Source: Amoebophrya sp. A120
Lineage: Eukaryota; Protista; Dinoflagellata
DNA length: 64,000 nucleotides
Direction of reading: 5' to 3'
Assembly (NCBI GenBank): GCA_905178155.1
Contig: CAJINV010000010.1
Location: 1,571,182-1,635,181, forward strand
Shown here piece after piece: positions 36,267-48,947 of this stretch (the first letter of the stretch is position 1; each line of letters begins with the position of its first letter). Made by a program: the position numbers and the translations under genes. The notes below the pieces were generated by a model. That model made no database searches. It was not told the DNA's origin and saw nothing but the letters and a program-made list of their open reading frames with translations.

Positions 36267-36419
36267 TATGCTCTGCAAAAGTATCGTACTCGTACTAATT
36301 GCAAATAGGCATGACAAATCTTTTTCCGAAGTGAAAACAGAATTACAAATTGCATTTGTCGTGCTGAGCTAATTTGTAATGCAATTTTTACTAGTACTCC
36401 GATACTTTTGCAATGCATA
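36267..36419. mobile_element. TIR introner, family B (duplicate of 27152)
   Basis: Same sequence and DR tcata as 27152-27304. Confidence 0.9.
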
Positions 36420-37003
36420 TCATACCCGCGGGGGTTATTTCCTACCACGCCATGCCACATCGACTGTCGGTGTCGGATTACATTATGCCTTTGATGAAAA
36501 ATTGGCAGAACCGACTTCTTCTCACCGCCGCGGAGGCAGCGAGCAGTAGTGGCGGAGGTGATCATGCTGCTGCTGCGGCATCTTCCTCGTCGGCAGGAAC
36601 AGGAAGTGGAGTAGAAATGAACCATGTTGCGCAAAAGCAGGCCATCATTTTCCACGGCGAAGAAGATGCTGAAGCCGCGGCTCTGCGACTCCCCCCACCC
36701 CCGACGACCACTGTCCGCGCGATGTCGATCGACGAGGAGGATGAAAATGCTGCAACTACCGCTGCTGCTGCCCACATTGCGGCGCAACCGACACCGGCAG
36801 GGCAGGAGGCGGCGCAGATGGGCAGCGAAGATCAGGATGTGGGTTCATCCAACAACGTTACCATGACAACTGGCAGAAGTAGTACAAGCGGCGTTGCACC
36901 AGAAACCTCCGCAGGAACAACGAGCACGGGAAGTGTAAGTGAGCAAGATCTAGCTCGTCCGGCGTTTCTCGGACAGGATGGCTTTGAACATCAAGATGGG
37001 AAC

Positions 37004-37157
37004 TATCCACAGTAAATTTCCCGTACACGTACAAATGCAGTCTCTGCATGACAAAACTTGCCTTCAGTCCTAGTCTAGCATGACAAGTTGGACACTGCAA
37101 GTTGGCGAAATTTGTCATGCATTTTGTACATCATTTACGGAAAATTTACATTGCATA
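37004..37157. mobile_element. TIR introner, family F (duplicate of 27889)
   Basis: Same sequence and DR ggaac as 27889-28042. Confidence 0.9.
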
Positions 37158-39231
37158 GGAACGGTACAGACCACACTGACAGTGACATACAGGATGTGGA
37201 GATGAATGAAGACGAACCAGATCCCGAGGACGAAGAGGAGGATGGTGAGGACCGGCGACGCGGAAGGGCTGGTGCTCATCGAGGCTTTTTAGCCGCTGGG
37301 GGCCGGGGCGCGCCGGGTGCTAGAAGCAACACTTCTGGTGCACAACAACCGCCCCGGCGACCTGCTGGATTTGCGTTGCAGCCCGTGCTGGCTGCAGAAG
37401 GCGAGGACAGAGGTGGAAATGACGGGGAAGACATGGACGACGATGAGCAAAACCCACCGAATGCGAACCCAGAACATCAACAGGTCCAGGCGGCACACCC
37501 GACCACCTCGACTGCGAGCACCACACCGCTGAGCGTTCCTTTTCCGCCGGCAGCGGAGTCGGTCACGAATCTTCCTGGCTCTCCTACACGACCCCAGCAA
37601 ATAAACGGTCAACAACTATCCTCCCTTCCCGCACTAAGTTCCCCCTGGCGGCAGATTCCGGTCCGTATGTACGCCAGTAGACGCGACGGCATCTTTCCGG
37701 GAGATTTTGTAAAGCAGAAAGCGGACGACTTGTTCCTGAATAAGCTGGAAATGACGGACTACAAGATTACCATCCAGCCGGACAAACAGCACGCGGATCC
37801 GTCCGGACCAAAAACGCTGGCGGAAAACATTTTCAACCTGCTGCGCCAACGGGACGCGGACGCAAAATTTTTACCGTAGGCGGAGGGAAAAGGCTGTAGC
37901 AGTATGTGTACGAAATAGAGTCGTAGGCAAAGCTCTTTGTCATGCGGCTGCACGGGACTAACAAAATGAAAATTCGCTTCAAGCAAGACTCGTGCTGTAA
38001 GATCTACTACAGAGTGGCTCCTGGTGTTACAGGAAGTAGGACGAGCGCTCGACGCAGATGACATTAATAAGAATCAGATGAAGATAAAGCCCGATTTTGA
38101 AGCAGCACTAGTAGCAAGAACTCGGGCGGTTGTTCTACACCAGGTCTACGACGCTATCCAATTTTGAGCCTCCAGTATCCTGGAGGACACAAAAATTCGT
38201 CTGTGTCTGTCTCTGTGTTTGCACCGAGGCTGCGGCGCTTAGGAGTAGATCTTTTTCATCATGGATGGTCGACTGCAAGTGGAAATACAAATAGAAAATG
38301 AAAGCATATACCAATGAGGCTCGCCTCCTTTTCATCTCCCCACAACTTGTTCGGCCTACACAAAAATCTGATTATGCAGTGAGACTGCACGGATGAATGT
38401 CTTTCAACACTGGCATAGCGGTAAACCCAGCAGCAGAACGTCCGGCCGTAAAAGCGCGCGTAACGGTACAACAGCGAGAGATTAATCCTTGGAAATATCC
38501 ATATCTACCTGCATATTTGCAAAATGTAGCGAAAGGCAACCCGCTACCGGGCCTGCCATGTTTATTTTTCACGCCCGCGCCCGACGTTTTCGCGTCAGCG
38601 AGTTGCTAGGGAGGAGAGCGGAAGCCGGAGGCTCATTCTCTGGCACCGCTGGCGCAGTTAGTTGATAGCGAATACATCCTAGCGCTACCCCTTTGGCGAA
38701 GGGTCAGCCGAACGGATATGCGGCTGCACCAGAGCCGCGCGAATCCAGGCGCGCTGATTGTTTGCAATTCTGCAACTGGGCCAAACGCAGCGGCTGTAGC
38801 GCGCCGCAACTGGCTCCAGCCTCGCAATAGTGGCGGTCGGCAACTCTTTTTAGCGACCGGCGTGGCGTGTCGTCTTGCAATTTTAGGATGCGGAAAAGCA
38901 GGCCGCCAGCATTCGCCAAAGCCGGGCGCCATTCGTGAAAAGCCTCCAGGTGGCCTTCCGGCCAGCGCGCATGCACCCAAAAAGCGCAGCAAATCCGAGG
39001 AAAGCACCTCCACCGAGCGCTAGCCCACCGCGCAACATGCCTAGTAGCAGTATTTCGCTGAGCATGCCCCGCTGCTCCAGAAACTCTTGGCCGTACTTCA
39101 GCCGGGTCGCAAAGCACTCGCCCACGGTTCCGGTGCGATCGGGAAATACTGCCAGGCATCTTGGGTTCGCATAAAGATGTCGCATGAAGACCAATACCCC
39201 AAACAAATACCCCTTGAAGGAGGTACTTGCT

Positions 39232-39350
39232 GGGGGTATTCGTCATCGTTGTGCACCGAGCTGAGTCCAAAAATCCCGGGGGGTATTGATGGGGGTATTC
39301 GTACGGGGTATTGCTTTGGGGTATTCGTACGGGGTATTGCTTTGGGGTAT
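39232..39350 (+). repeat. GGGGTATT short-repeat array
   Basis: About 7 copies of ggggtat(t), including a duplicated unit ggggtattcgtacggggtattgcttt; inverted copies aatacccc near 39193 and 39207. Confidence 0.8.
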
Positions 39351-39384
39351 GCGTTTTCGCATTGGGTGAGCTTGGCGAAGGTGA

Positions 39385-39572
39385 AACGCGAGCGGGAAAT
39401 TTCCATCATTGCAAAATCCCAATTTGTGTTTCACCCAAACCCGAGCGGGGAATTTCCATCATTGCAAATTGTAGCTTGCCTCTCACCCAAACCCGAGCGG
39501 GGAATTTCCATCATTGCAAATTGTAGCTTGCCTCTCACCCAAACACGAGCGGGGGATTTCCATCATTGCAAA
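39385..39572 (+). repeat. 52-bp tandem repeat, ~3.6 copies
   Basis: Unit cccaaacccgagcggggaatttccatcattgcaaattgtagcttgcctctca starting at 39434, 39486, 39538, with a diverged copy before. Confidence 0.9.
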
Positions 39573-39894
39573 ATGGCGAGCGTCAATACTTTCAACTCCC
39601 CACACCGTCTGACTTCCAAACCCGAGGATTTGGCGGATGGCTGGTCGCCTCGTCAACTCCTACGCGCGCGGAGACATATCCAGACGAAGCCTGGGCGCAG
39701 CCTCGCGCCCAGGCTTCGTTCGGGTGTAGAAGGTGCGCAACACAGGGACGCCGCACGGCAGGCGGCTCCACACAAAAGTCAGAGCGCTGCTCCTGGCCTC
39801 GCCTGCAGCCCCACTCCCCTCTCCCTTTGGCTTCCCGGAAGGTCTCGGTCTTCGGCACTTTCTTTTGGCCAGTGCGGAAAACCGGGCAGCGGGC

Positions 39895-40515
39895 GTAACG
39901 GTACAACAGCAAGAGATCTACGACTGCGACGGTACCTTAGCGCTGCGCCACTGCTGCTGTGCACGGCGGGATAAGGATGATCAGTAGGATCGTCTAGACT
40001 ACGGTGAAGAAGATGTTTTTTTTTTTTGCGAATGGTACTAAACGCTTTAAGCCTTAGCAGGCTCGCCTGTTTTACAAGTGGCACGATCATAAGAGATGAA
40101 AGAACAGAATGCGAATGAGCAAAGTGATCGCGGACTCTATTTTCCTGAGAATACAGTGGAAATTTGGTTTCATTACTCACAGCTTTCAAAAGTAGAAACG
40201 ACACGTATTATATATCAGCCTCTCTTCAGTAGAAGCCGAGCTGATGACCGAGAAAATTGCGACGAGCCGAGAAAAGAGCCGAGAAAAATCAGCAAAAGCC
40301 GAGCTTAGATGCTGATGACCGAGAAAATTGAGACGAGTCTTGATGAACGTCCTAAGCTCCTCGGGGAGCATCATCGTTCAAGGCAGATTTTACGTGTGTC
40401 TACTTCAAGTACAACACGTTGTTCGTTTACTTCTGAGTAGAAAAAAATCTCTCACCGCAAATATTAGTGGTGCAAACGCAGAGGAACGAGTTTGAGTTTG
40501 TGAAATAACATGAAG
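39895..40515 (+). repeat. Diverged, internally deleted copy of intergenic ~29345-30385
   Basis: Shared blocks gagatctacgactgcgacggta.cttagcgctgcgccactgctgctgtgc, acagaatgcgaatgagcaaagtgatcgcgga, aatctctc.accgcaaat.ttagtggtgcaaacgcagagg. Confidence 0.85.
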
Positions 40516-42067
40516 AGGAGAGAGCATAATACCATGAGAGATGCTTCGCGGGAGGACCGCGGGGCCAACGACGCGCTCCTCACATGGTCCTCGTGATGGC
40601 ACGACCGGAACTTCTCCCGTCGTGAAAATGAAGGGATGTGGTATAGCAGTTTCTCGACGCATTGATAAAATACCTCCCCGGATGCCCCTGGATGACTCAA
40701 TTCATTTCTCAATCAAAAAATAGCACCCTGCTTCGATTTTTTCCCCCTGAATACGATAGCGGTCACTTTTCTGTATTTTCTTTCTAAGGGCAGTAGTTTC
40801 GATCGTATATCCCTCTGTAAGTACTTCATAGTGGGTGCTATATCGGCGGAAGGTTGGGGATTCCGGCGCTGCCGTTGGCATGTTTTTGAATTCATAAGAT
40901 TTTTCCTCTTCTTTGCAATTGGTAGCGAGGGGCTTCAAGGGGGTGGAAAGTGACGGACGAGCCTTGAGAATTTCAATATCAAGGGTGAAGAGAAGAAACA
41001 CCTTATGCCCCTTCTCTTCGGAAGATATAGATGTCGCACTTTGATAAGAAAGCAGAGGATGACCTCTAGTCCCGAAATTTCCGCTACCATGGGCAATATT
41101 TGTCGAAAAGCAGTCGCGTGTCTTCAATTTGCAGGTGCCTTGCGCGCTACCTCTAGAGATAATTTCCGTCTCCTCTAATCAGATTTTGTCTCTGAAGAGG
41201 GCAGAAAGAAGACCAGCTACGCTGACGAGAGATCCTAACTCGTCACGATTGCTCTTTCCAAAAATGTCCGCCACTGTCGTTCCTCGCTGATGGCCATGCC
41301 TTCCAATCCCCCTTTTTTTTTTTATCCAACAAAAAGCTTTGTTTTGGGCTAGTCAGCTTGGACGCCAGGGCACAAGGAGACAGGTATAGTGACACAGCCG
41401 CCAAGACATAGCAGAGGCGAATGGAGTCGAAGACAGCGCCAGCCTCTTGGGTGCCCGCTTTCTTTGCGTAGCAAGATCGTGCGCACCCTGGCTGTGTCTT
41501 CCCAAGCGTGACGGGGTGGAGCGATTACGTACCTACGAGGATGAGGAGCCTCGGCTTGCTAAAACATCATTGCGGACGGCCCCGCATTGATGTTGGACAA
41601 GTCCCGAAGACGCATGTTGATCACGTTGAACCGCGGCGGAGGAGGAGATGAGCAGAGACCTATCTTAATCCTCCTTGAACACTAGGATCTGCACTACTTC
41701 TCTTTGCTTATGGTTTATAGTTGATCTCATACAAAAAAAATGTGCAAAATGCTTCGCGGGAAGACCGCGGGGCCAACGACGCGCTCACCTGGTCAAGGTG
41801 ATGGCGCGACCGGAACTTCTCCCGTCGCCCCGCAACGACAGCGAGTTGATGACACGGTGGCTCGACCAGCTTCGGCGAAGTGGCTGGTCGTGGTCTTATT
41901 TTGAAAATAATGAAACTTGAAGGGGACGACGAGAGTGTTCTGGTCGGCATTTTGCGAGGACGTCGGGTAAAGAAACTCCATCTGGTGCACTAGCACCAGT
42001 TGTAGCATCATCATTATCATCCGTCGACAATGCAACATCTTCACCCGCCCTCACCGTAAGACCGACA

Positions 42068-45000
42068 ATGAGTAGCGGTGGTTCTCCTGTCGCTCAGTTT
42101 TGTTGTCCGACCACCTGCCCTGCGTTCCTTCCGAAAAACGGGAGGCGCGACACAAACGCGTCCACAGGGCCCCCGTCGATACAGCCGTCAGCGTCTAGCT
42201 CGACATTGCCCACGAGGGGGAAAATGCATTCGGCGCGGAACAGGACTGCTGCGGCAGCATGGGGCACTGGAACTTCTTACTACGGCAATAGGCGTAGAAC
42301 AAGAACCACTAGTAGGGCTAGGGCCTATACTCCCGATGCAGCTTCAACCACAAGAACCTCTATTCCCTGTTGCGTGGCGAACACTAGCTGTCAAAACCTG
42401 TTCTGCACCTGCGCAACTGCTGCGGCCTCCACCGCGTTGCTTGCGCACGTTGTTTTATTTGAGCGACGAGACCAACAGTCTTATTTCCGAACGGTGGAAG
42501 AGGAGGAGCAACTGTTAAAAGAAGAACTGCAGCAAAGTCGTCATGCTGGTTGTAACTACTATCACATCAACATGAAATCCGCTCGTCAAGAAGAACGTCC
42601 AATGATTTTAGCCGCGCACGCCCGGATTGTGCGCGAAGAGGGAAAAGGGGAAAAAGAGATCGAAGTGGGGGAGGACCACGCTCTTGTTGGAGAAGAAGAA
42701 GGAATGGGAAGTAGAAATACGGGGAGGAACGACGATAATAACATATCGGAAGAACAAGAGCCAGGACGAGCAGACGGTCATTCAGGAGTATTACCATTAG
42801 CGAGCAACTCATCGTCAACCTCCGCGACAGCGATAGTAATCCCAGGCGACGGCGAAACGGTCAGTGCAACGCCAGCCGCCGAAGATTTCGTTGGAGATGA
42901 TAAACCACCACCAGAGAGCATGACTTCTAACCAGAATCCACCAACATCTACTTCGCCACCGACGGCAAATAAGACGAACATGATGAGAAAGGAGCAAGGA
43001 CAGAGCAGTCAAGATGAAAACCAAATAAATGGCCATCAACGACCTCCGCATGACCAAAAAGATCTAGCTGGTGATGGTGAACATGAGCATCTTCTTCAGC
43101 GAGATGAATCGGATGTGGTGGAAACAAAGCAGAAACGGCAGGAAGACGAAGAAGCAGGCGGAAAAGTAGCCGACTCAAAATCCAAAACGACTACGCTGTT
43201 GGAGGAGTCCGCGACAGCTGCAATAGACGAGCACCAACCAGGACGGGCCCCGTCCGTAAAAAGTGCTGACGAAACCACAAGCAACGCAGGAGCCAGTGGG
43301 CCGACTGCGATGAGCGAGGAAGTTGTTTCTGGACCACTGCCTCCTGGTCGTGAAGATGCAAATGCTGTTGAGGAAGAAGATGGCGCTGAAGATGATATCG
43401 CACCGAGAGAGGACGACTCATCTTCCCGCGAAGATGAACAAACTTCAGACATTTCAACGACAGATTACATCAAATCTACCGTCCGGTATTACCTCCAGGA
43501 CCTGGCCTTGTCGGTCTACCACAACAAACACCTACGGCCGTTCCTGGCAAAGACAAACATCGTGCCGTTTGTGGTGCGGACATTTGCTGCCCCTAGTTAC
43601 TTTGGAAGCACTGCTAGCAGTAGGACGAGAAAGAACTCACCCGCTACCACGTCCTACCGACAAAAGGGAAAAGAGCGCGGCACGAACGGAGAAGAAACGA
43701 GGGAGTTCAACAAAAAAACAAAGGCCTCCGCTTCCACTGGTGCGCAAAATAGAGCAAGATCACAGCATCACGGACGTCACGAGGTTCGAGTGTCTTCCTT
43801 TGCCTACGACGAGGTCGACGCGCAGGCGGCAAAGAGCGGCCGCAGTACTTCTACCAGAAACCTCAACACGGCTGCTGCTCGGATGGAAAATAAGTTTGTA
43901 GTGGTCGGGCCACCGATAAGAGTAGACCGAACTGTATCGGCGCGGAAGAACGAAACGGAACTGCTCCTGAGAGCAGCAGCAGCGGGAGCAGGTAAAATGA
44001 AAACGTCGTCGTCTGGTAGACTAAGAAGACACGACGAATCACCTGGGGGTGCGCAGACGAGTAGAGTAAGCTTCAACAGTGCCGGCACAAGCGCCCACGA
44101 CAGTCACGATGTACTGAAAGGATCTTCCATTTCGTTCTTGTCCGGCGAAGAAGAAACAGAAATGCTCGAGCATGATCATGAACGTCACCACGCTGCTGCG
44201 ATGAAGACGTCCTCTGCAGTGAGTATTTCTACTTCATCAACATCCGAACAAACAGAAACTATTTTGAGGTCTTCGTACTCTTACCACTATCCCGCGCTCG
44301 ACTTTTTCGAAGCAGACAACACCTGTTTTGAACGGCTACAGCACGAAGTGTTGAAGCTACGGCAGCCGACCATCTTTACCGATGCCGGCGCCTATTATTG
44401 TCGGGAGAAGGATGAAGACAACAACGGCAACGACCTCGACACTGCTTGGTGGGGAACCTTCAAGCAGGGGATGAATCGGGCGGACAGGAATAAGATGTAC
44501 GAAGACATTCCGGAACTGTCAGGACCGAAATCGTCAAAATCGAAAAACTTGTGATGCATAAAATGAAAATCGATACCAGTTGGACCCTCAGTTTGCAAGC
44601 GGCGCATGACAAATTTCGGGAGCACCCAGATGCAGTCTGTCATGCTGTTTGGGAAAAGAAGACTGCTCCTGTCATGCTACTCTGGCAGCAGATTGCATAC
44701 CGCTAATAAACAGGCTTGCAATAGGACTCATTTGCCTGCTCCCCAATACAGGCCACGCGTGCCCTACATTTTTTGCATTACTTACAAATTTCTCGACTTT
44801 GTCAATTTCGATCCTGACACATCCATAGACATCGCTTACGGCTTCCTGTTCTATCCCACCTACGACAAAAGCGGAGGCTCCAGCTATCTATGCATCGAAA
44901 AAGAGCAGGGCCGCGATGCTGTCGTAAGTTTATCAAATGCGTCTAGTACAACTTCTAGTTCTACCGTACACGAGTGTTGGACCTGCATGGCCAGCTTAAA

Positions 45001-48000
45001 TCTGGACAAGCAGGAGCTGCTTTTGATTTGCGCTCTTGATAGGTGAGCTAGTACATCCTTTTAACTGACAAATACTTATCAGACAGCCACAGCATGATCT
45101 ACATGTTTTTCTTTTTTCTGTGGTCACTTGCATGACGGTCATGGACATTGTACTATACACGCGACACTGACGCTCAGCATCTTCTTGCAAACCATATCAT
45201 TGCGGGTTAAGTACCACGGCAGTAGACGACGTATTCAGTGCAATGATACCTCCGTGCTAGAAGTGCTGGCATAACGTCCAGCATGATGAAAAAGAAAATT
45301 TGTAAACGCGGATTTTTCATACATAAGGAAGAGACCCGTAAATGCATCATGCAGCTTGTTGCTACGACTACGAGTGGGAGTGCAGCACTTTTGCACAGGA
45401 TGGTCGGAAGATTCTAACGATCCCTGTGTCAAGGCATGCGGTTTATGGAAGTGCCAGGTTTCAAATCGACAAAATGGACAGGGTTCGTCATGCCTAGAAG
45501 TCACACGAGTAGTTCGACGCTCTGTCATTTCTAAGCCGCGCGTGACAATTTTTTCATGTTGTAACCCTCGGGGCCTCGTGCTTAGCACCCTGCCATGCCT
45601 CCAAGCGATTCCATTGGTTTGTGGTATTAGCAAGCGTAGGCTCGTCACACTCGATAGCGTTCGAAGCAACGTAGCTTTTTGTATATTAGCCAAAAAATCA
45701 TGCATGACAACTACAAATGAATACCATTTTCATTTTGAAAATTTACAACTTGGCGCTTCAATACGGGAACAACGAAGAGTTCGAGAACTACGAAAAGTTC
45801 TGGAACCCGCCCTCGTCCGTGGACCTGAACGAGCACCTTTCGTTATCAAATGCAAATATGTCTGAGTCCTCTGGAACGTCGCAAGACTTGTCATGCAGGT
45901 TTTCCAAGACCCATGAGGTCTGGAAAAATGCGAGACCCAGCATGACAGATTCTTTGAGGTCTCTATCATGCCTTTCGTGCATGAGAAACTCTCTCTCGAC
46001 TTGGTCAAAAGCGGACACACAGATTTTTGCATCATTCAGATTTAGCATGACAAGTTTGAATCTTGTTCCAGAGGACCCAGACATATTTTTTGCAATGCAT
46101 ATTCGTTGTGCTGCAATTGGGCCTGGGCCGACGACGACCCTACTAGGCCGATCCGTTGCAAACCGGACACCTTGTTCAACATCATGCGGAGGAAATACAC
46201 TCGGGATGGTTTCGCAACCGCCTACAATGTGGAGGATTCACACTACTGTCTTCCCAAGGAGACCTACGAAACTTTCGACAACGATAACCCCGACGACAGA
46301 AGAAAGCTGAATCACATCCCGGCTTGCGCGGCCCGAGTGTTTGACCGAAGCAAGTGTAGTGGTGGAATCATGACGGCGGATTGCGAAAACAGCTGCAATA
46401 TGGATTGCAAAAGTATCGTACTCGTACAAGTCGCAATACAAATTTACTCCACAGAAGATGAAGGCGAACAAGTAGAAGCGGAGTGTGTCTGATTCAGGTC
46501 GTACTAGAGAAGATCTGTCACGCAGTTCTGCAAGTAGTACGAGTGCGATACTTTTGTAAAGGATACGCAACGCGGATCCGGAGTCTCGCTGCGAGTGGAA
46601 GAAACCTCCGACGACGACCACTGTATGGATTCCAACTGTGTCTGGGTCTGGGAGAATGTTGCAATGTTTGTGATGCAAGTTTTGCATGGCCCAGAAGGTG
46701 GGGCGTAGCATCTTCACAAGTTTTCCGGCAGCTTTTAAGAGCATAAAGCAGTCTGGTGCGTGACAATAAATCATGCTGTACAGCTTCAGTTGCTACTCAC
46801 GCATGACAGATTTTTGTGTGAATCACAGAAAGAGTTACTGGTTTATTGCACCTTTCCAGACGCAGACACATATTATGCATTTGATACACGCCGTGCGTCC
46901 CCCTGCCGTCTTCATATGGCACGAAAAAACTGCTTCGCCGCACTACACTTCCTGGTAAAAAAAAACTATAAGGGTATGTCTATGTCATGTGCATGCAGCA
47001 CATCAGTAGAAGCGTTTGTCTAACTCGAAGAATTGCAACGCATGGGAAAATCATTTCTCACTGAGATTTCCCTCATTGCGGGGCACGCTCACGCATGGTT
47101 GATGTTATGATTTGATGCCAGTGTTCCCCGTAAAGCAAGCGCGTGCTGTGCAAATTTTGCAAAATCGTCTTCACAGAAGTTGTGAAGTGAAACAGTTTTT
47201 CTGTTGGCAACTTGATACAACCGTGAGCGCAGATGGTGCATCACTTGGTGGGGTACCACCAGCCGAAATAGCGGAAAGGTAAAGGTTTCGTATACATGAT
47301 TCAGCATAGTAAGAATTCTTTTTTCTAGGATCTTGCCAACTACATGAGTAGTCGCATGATGCAGTTTGTCGAGCATATTGTGCAGGAGAAGTCGTATGTG
47401 AACGCATACTTCGATACTATAAGCTTGTATTGCATAGTGCACGACCATCTGCCGTGAGGACGAGGATCATGATATTCCTTCACCTTTGTCATGCAGGAAC
47501 AGTCTCGTGAAAACATCACCATCACAGAATCGACCTGTCGCAATCCACGAAGACCTGGGTCGAGTTCCTGAAGGAGCGATCTATGATGCCCAGCATGACG
47601 GAAGCGGACGCCGTATCGATGGATGACAAAGTCGTGTGCAACGAGGCCGCAAACTGGACCGGTGCTGTATCTTGAGAAAAAACTGTTTACAGTCACACAC
47701 CCTGATGCAAGACAAGCAAGGCAGACAACCTCTGTCATGCCGGAAATCATGCTTGCCACCCTCATTATTATTTCCTGCCTGCGCATTTTTACAACGAGCT
47801 TTCTTTGCCACACAGAGCAAGTTTGTGATGCTGAAATTCCACGACCAAGTGCGTAACTGTAACATTTTTTTGTATGGATATGCTGCTCCGAAGTTCTACT
47901 GTCCTAGCCCGGGCGGCGACGTCCAGATATGAAATGCAAAAGCATCGCACTCGTATAAATGAATCACAAATTTTCTCAACATGAGAAATAGAAATTGTAA

Positions 48001-48282
48001 ACGCGGATTTGCCTTAAGAAAAATGTAATGCATAAATGCAATTGGTACGAGTACCTACGATACTTTTGCACAGGATACCAGATGACCGGCTGCAACGAGA
48101 CCTTGGCACTCCTCAAGTCGAGCAGCAATTTGAGCAATGTTAGTCTGGAAAATGTAAGTGCACGACTGGAGACGGAAAAAGCGTCTGCGAGACGGCGACA
48201 GATGGCAGGAGGAACTACGACACTTGTTGTCACGATTCTGATCGCTGGCGGGTCATCTCTCTTGTCTATCCTTTTGCTGTAG
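42068..48282 (+). CDS. Large protein with low-complexity N-half, Cys-rich C-half and hydrophobic C-terminus (probable surface/GPI- or TM-anchored protein); internal exon structure partly unresolved
   Basis: 828-aa ORF joins through introners to EDIAYGFLFYPTYD, ACGNNEEFENYEKFW...LCCNWAWADDD...CENSCNADPESRCEW and ...VCNEAANWTGAAPKFYCPSPGGDVQMTGC...LVVTILIAGGSSLLSILLL*. Junctions at 45040-45400 and 46915-47510 were not resolved, so this may be two genes. Confidence 0.55.
44509..44827. mobile_element. TIR introner, family C (left TAT mutated to TCC)
   Basis: tccggaactgtcaggaccgaaatcgtcaaaatcga...tcgactttgtcaatttcgatcctgacacatccata; DR gacat. Confidence 0.88.
45232..45402. mobile_element. Degenerate family B-like introner (ends approximate)
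   Basis: tattcagtgcaa... / ...cacttttgcacaggat; internal gcatgatga and atttgtaaacgc motifs; DR not recognisable. Confidence 0.45.
45444..45763. mobile_element. TIR introner, family C (diverged)
   Basis: tatggaagtgccaggtttcaaat...atttacaacttggcgcttcaata; DR cggtt/cggga. Confidence 0.82.
45844..46101. mobile_element. TIR introner, family A (reverse orientation)
   Basis: tatcaaatgcaaatatgtctgagtcctctggaac...gttccagaggacccagacatattttttgcaatgcata; DR ttcgt. Confidence 0.92.
46399..46565. mobile_element. TIR introner, family B
   Basis: tatggattgcaaaagtatcgtactcgtac...gtacgagtgcgatacttttgtaaaggata; DR tgcaa/cgcaa. Confidence 0.9.
46624..46886. mobile_element. TIR introner, family A (diverged, reverse orientation)
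   Basis: tatggattccaactgtgtctgggtctgg...ccagacgcagacacatattatgcatttgata; DR cactg/cacgc. Confidence 0.82.
46915..47217. mobile_element. Candidate degenerate introner
   Basis: tatggcacgaaaaaactgcttc... / ...gaaacagtttttctgttggcaacttgata with internal tgtcatg and gcatg motifs; DR poor, frame unverified. Confidence 0.4.
47668..47880. mobile_element. TIR introner, I-related
   Basis: tatcttgagaaaaaactgtttacagt...actgtaacatttttttgtatggata; DR tgctg. Confidence 0.87.
47928..48077. mobile_element. TIR introner, family B
   Basis: tatgaaatgcaaaagcatcg...cgatacttttgcacaggata; DR ccaga. Confidence 0.9.
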
Positions 48283-48947
48283 ATGGCAGAAGCAGGAATA
48301 GGTCCAACATCACGACCTTCAAGATCTTTATAATCGCAGGAGATACAACTTCTCTACTTCATTTTCTGATAGATATCCATATCATCCGACTCGGTAAAAG
48401 AAGTAGCAACCAGATTCGGCACCAGCATCCGAGTCGGTAAAAGAAGTAGTTGCTGCAAAGGTCATTTTTGTTACTTTAGCCATGATATTTGAGACTGAAA
48501 GTTTATCGTCGATGACACAGTCGTTGCAAGAAGGCAGGAAGAAAACAGGAGGCAAGGCAATGCTCTGGACCCGGTGGATCACGGGATTCCAAAAATTGCC
48601 AGGTTGTAGTTCTGCAAAGAATAAGAAGCCTCCCAATAACGACAAAGAAACCCGTACTGCTCGTTCTTCGCGTTCCCAGTCTAGTTCGTAATTCTTGGCG
48701 CTGCCGAATAAATCGTGTTCGCACCACGACCCTGCAAGCTGTGCAATTCGAATTCTTCTGCCCCTCGTCCGCATAGTTCCTTCTGGTATTTCTATCTTCG
48801 TGTTCGTTCTCTCTGTTGCACAAGTTAGCTGCGTGATCTGCGAGTTTCTGCAGTTTATTTTTAGTGGTACGTTGATTGTGATGTAGTAACTACCAGCGGA
48901 AAACCAATATCAACGCTGCATTGACATTCTCTACAAACCGTACAAGC

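Larger units (their letters stand above)
35815..38460 (+). repeat. Near-identical duplicate of 26700-29345 (5'-truncated copy of the esterase gene plus 3' flank)
   Basis: ORF track repeats at a constant offset of 9,115; the only coding difference I noticed is AQQQ vs AQKQ. Confidence 0.95.

Noticed and set aside
39385-39572. CRISPR-like repeat-spacer look of the 52-bp array
   Set aside because: Inter-repeat parts are identical or near-identical between units, there are no cas genes, and the context is eukaryotic
40702-41127. 141-aa minus-strand ORF inside the patchwork region
   Set aside because: Non-ATG start, no recognisable motif; not enough support for a CDS call
47292-47435. Further possible introner (tatacatgattcagc...gcttgtattgcata)
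   Set aside because: Weak IR, no direct repeat and frame could not be verified
48383-48450. Short direct repeat catccga.tcggtaaaagaagtag x2 (also gccgagaaaa repeats near 40235-40330)
   Set aside because: Ordinary local slippage duplications in intergenic DNA
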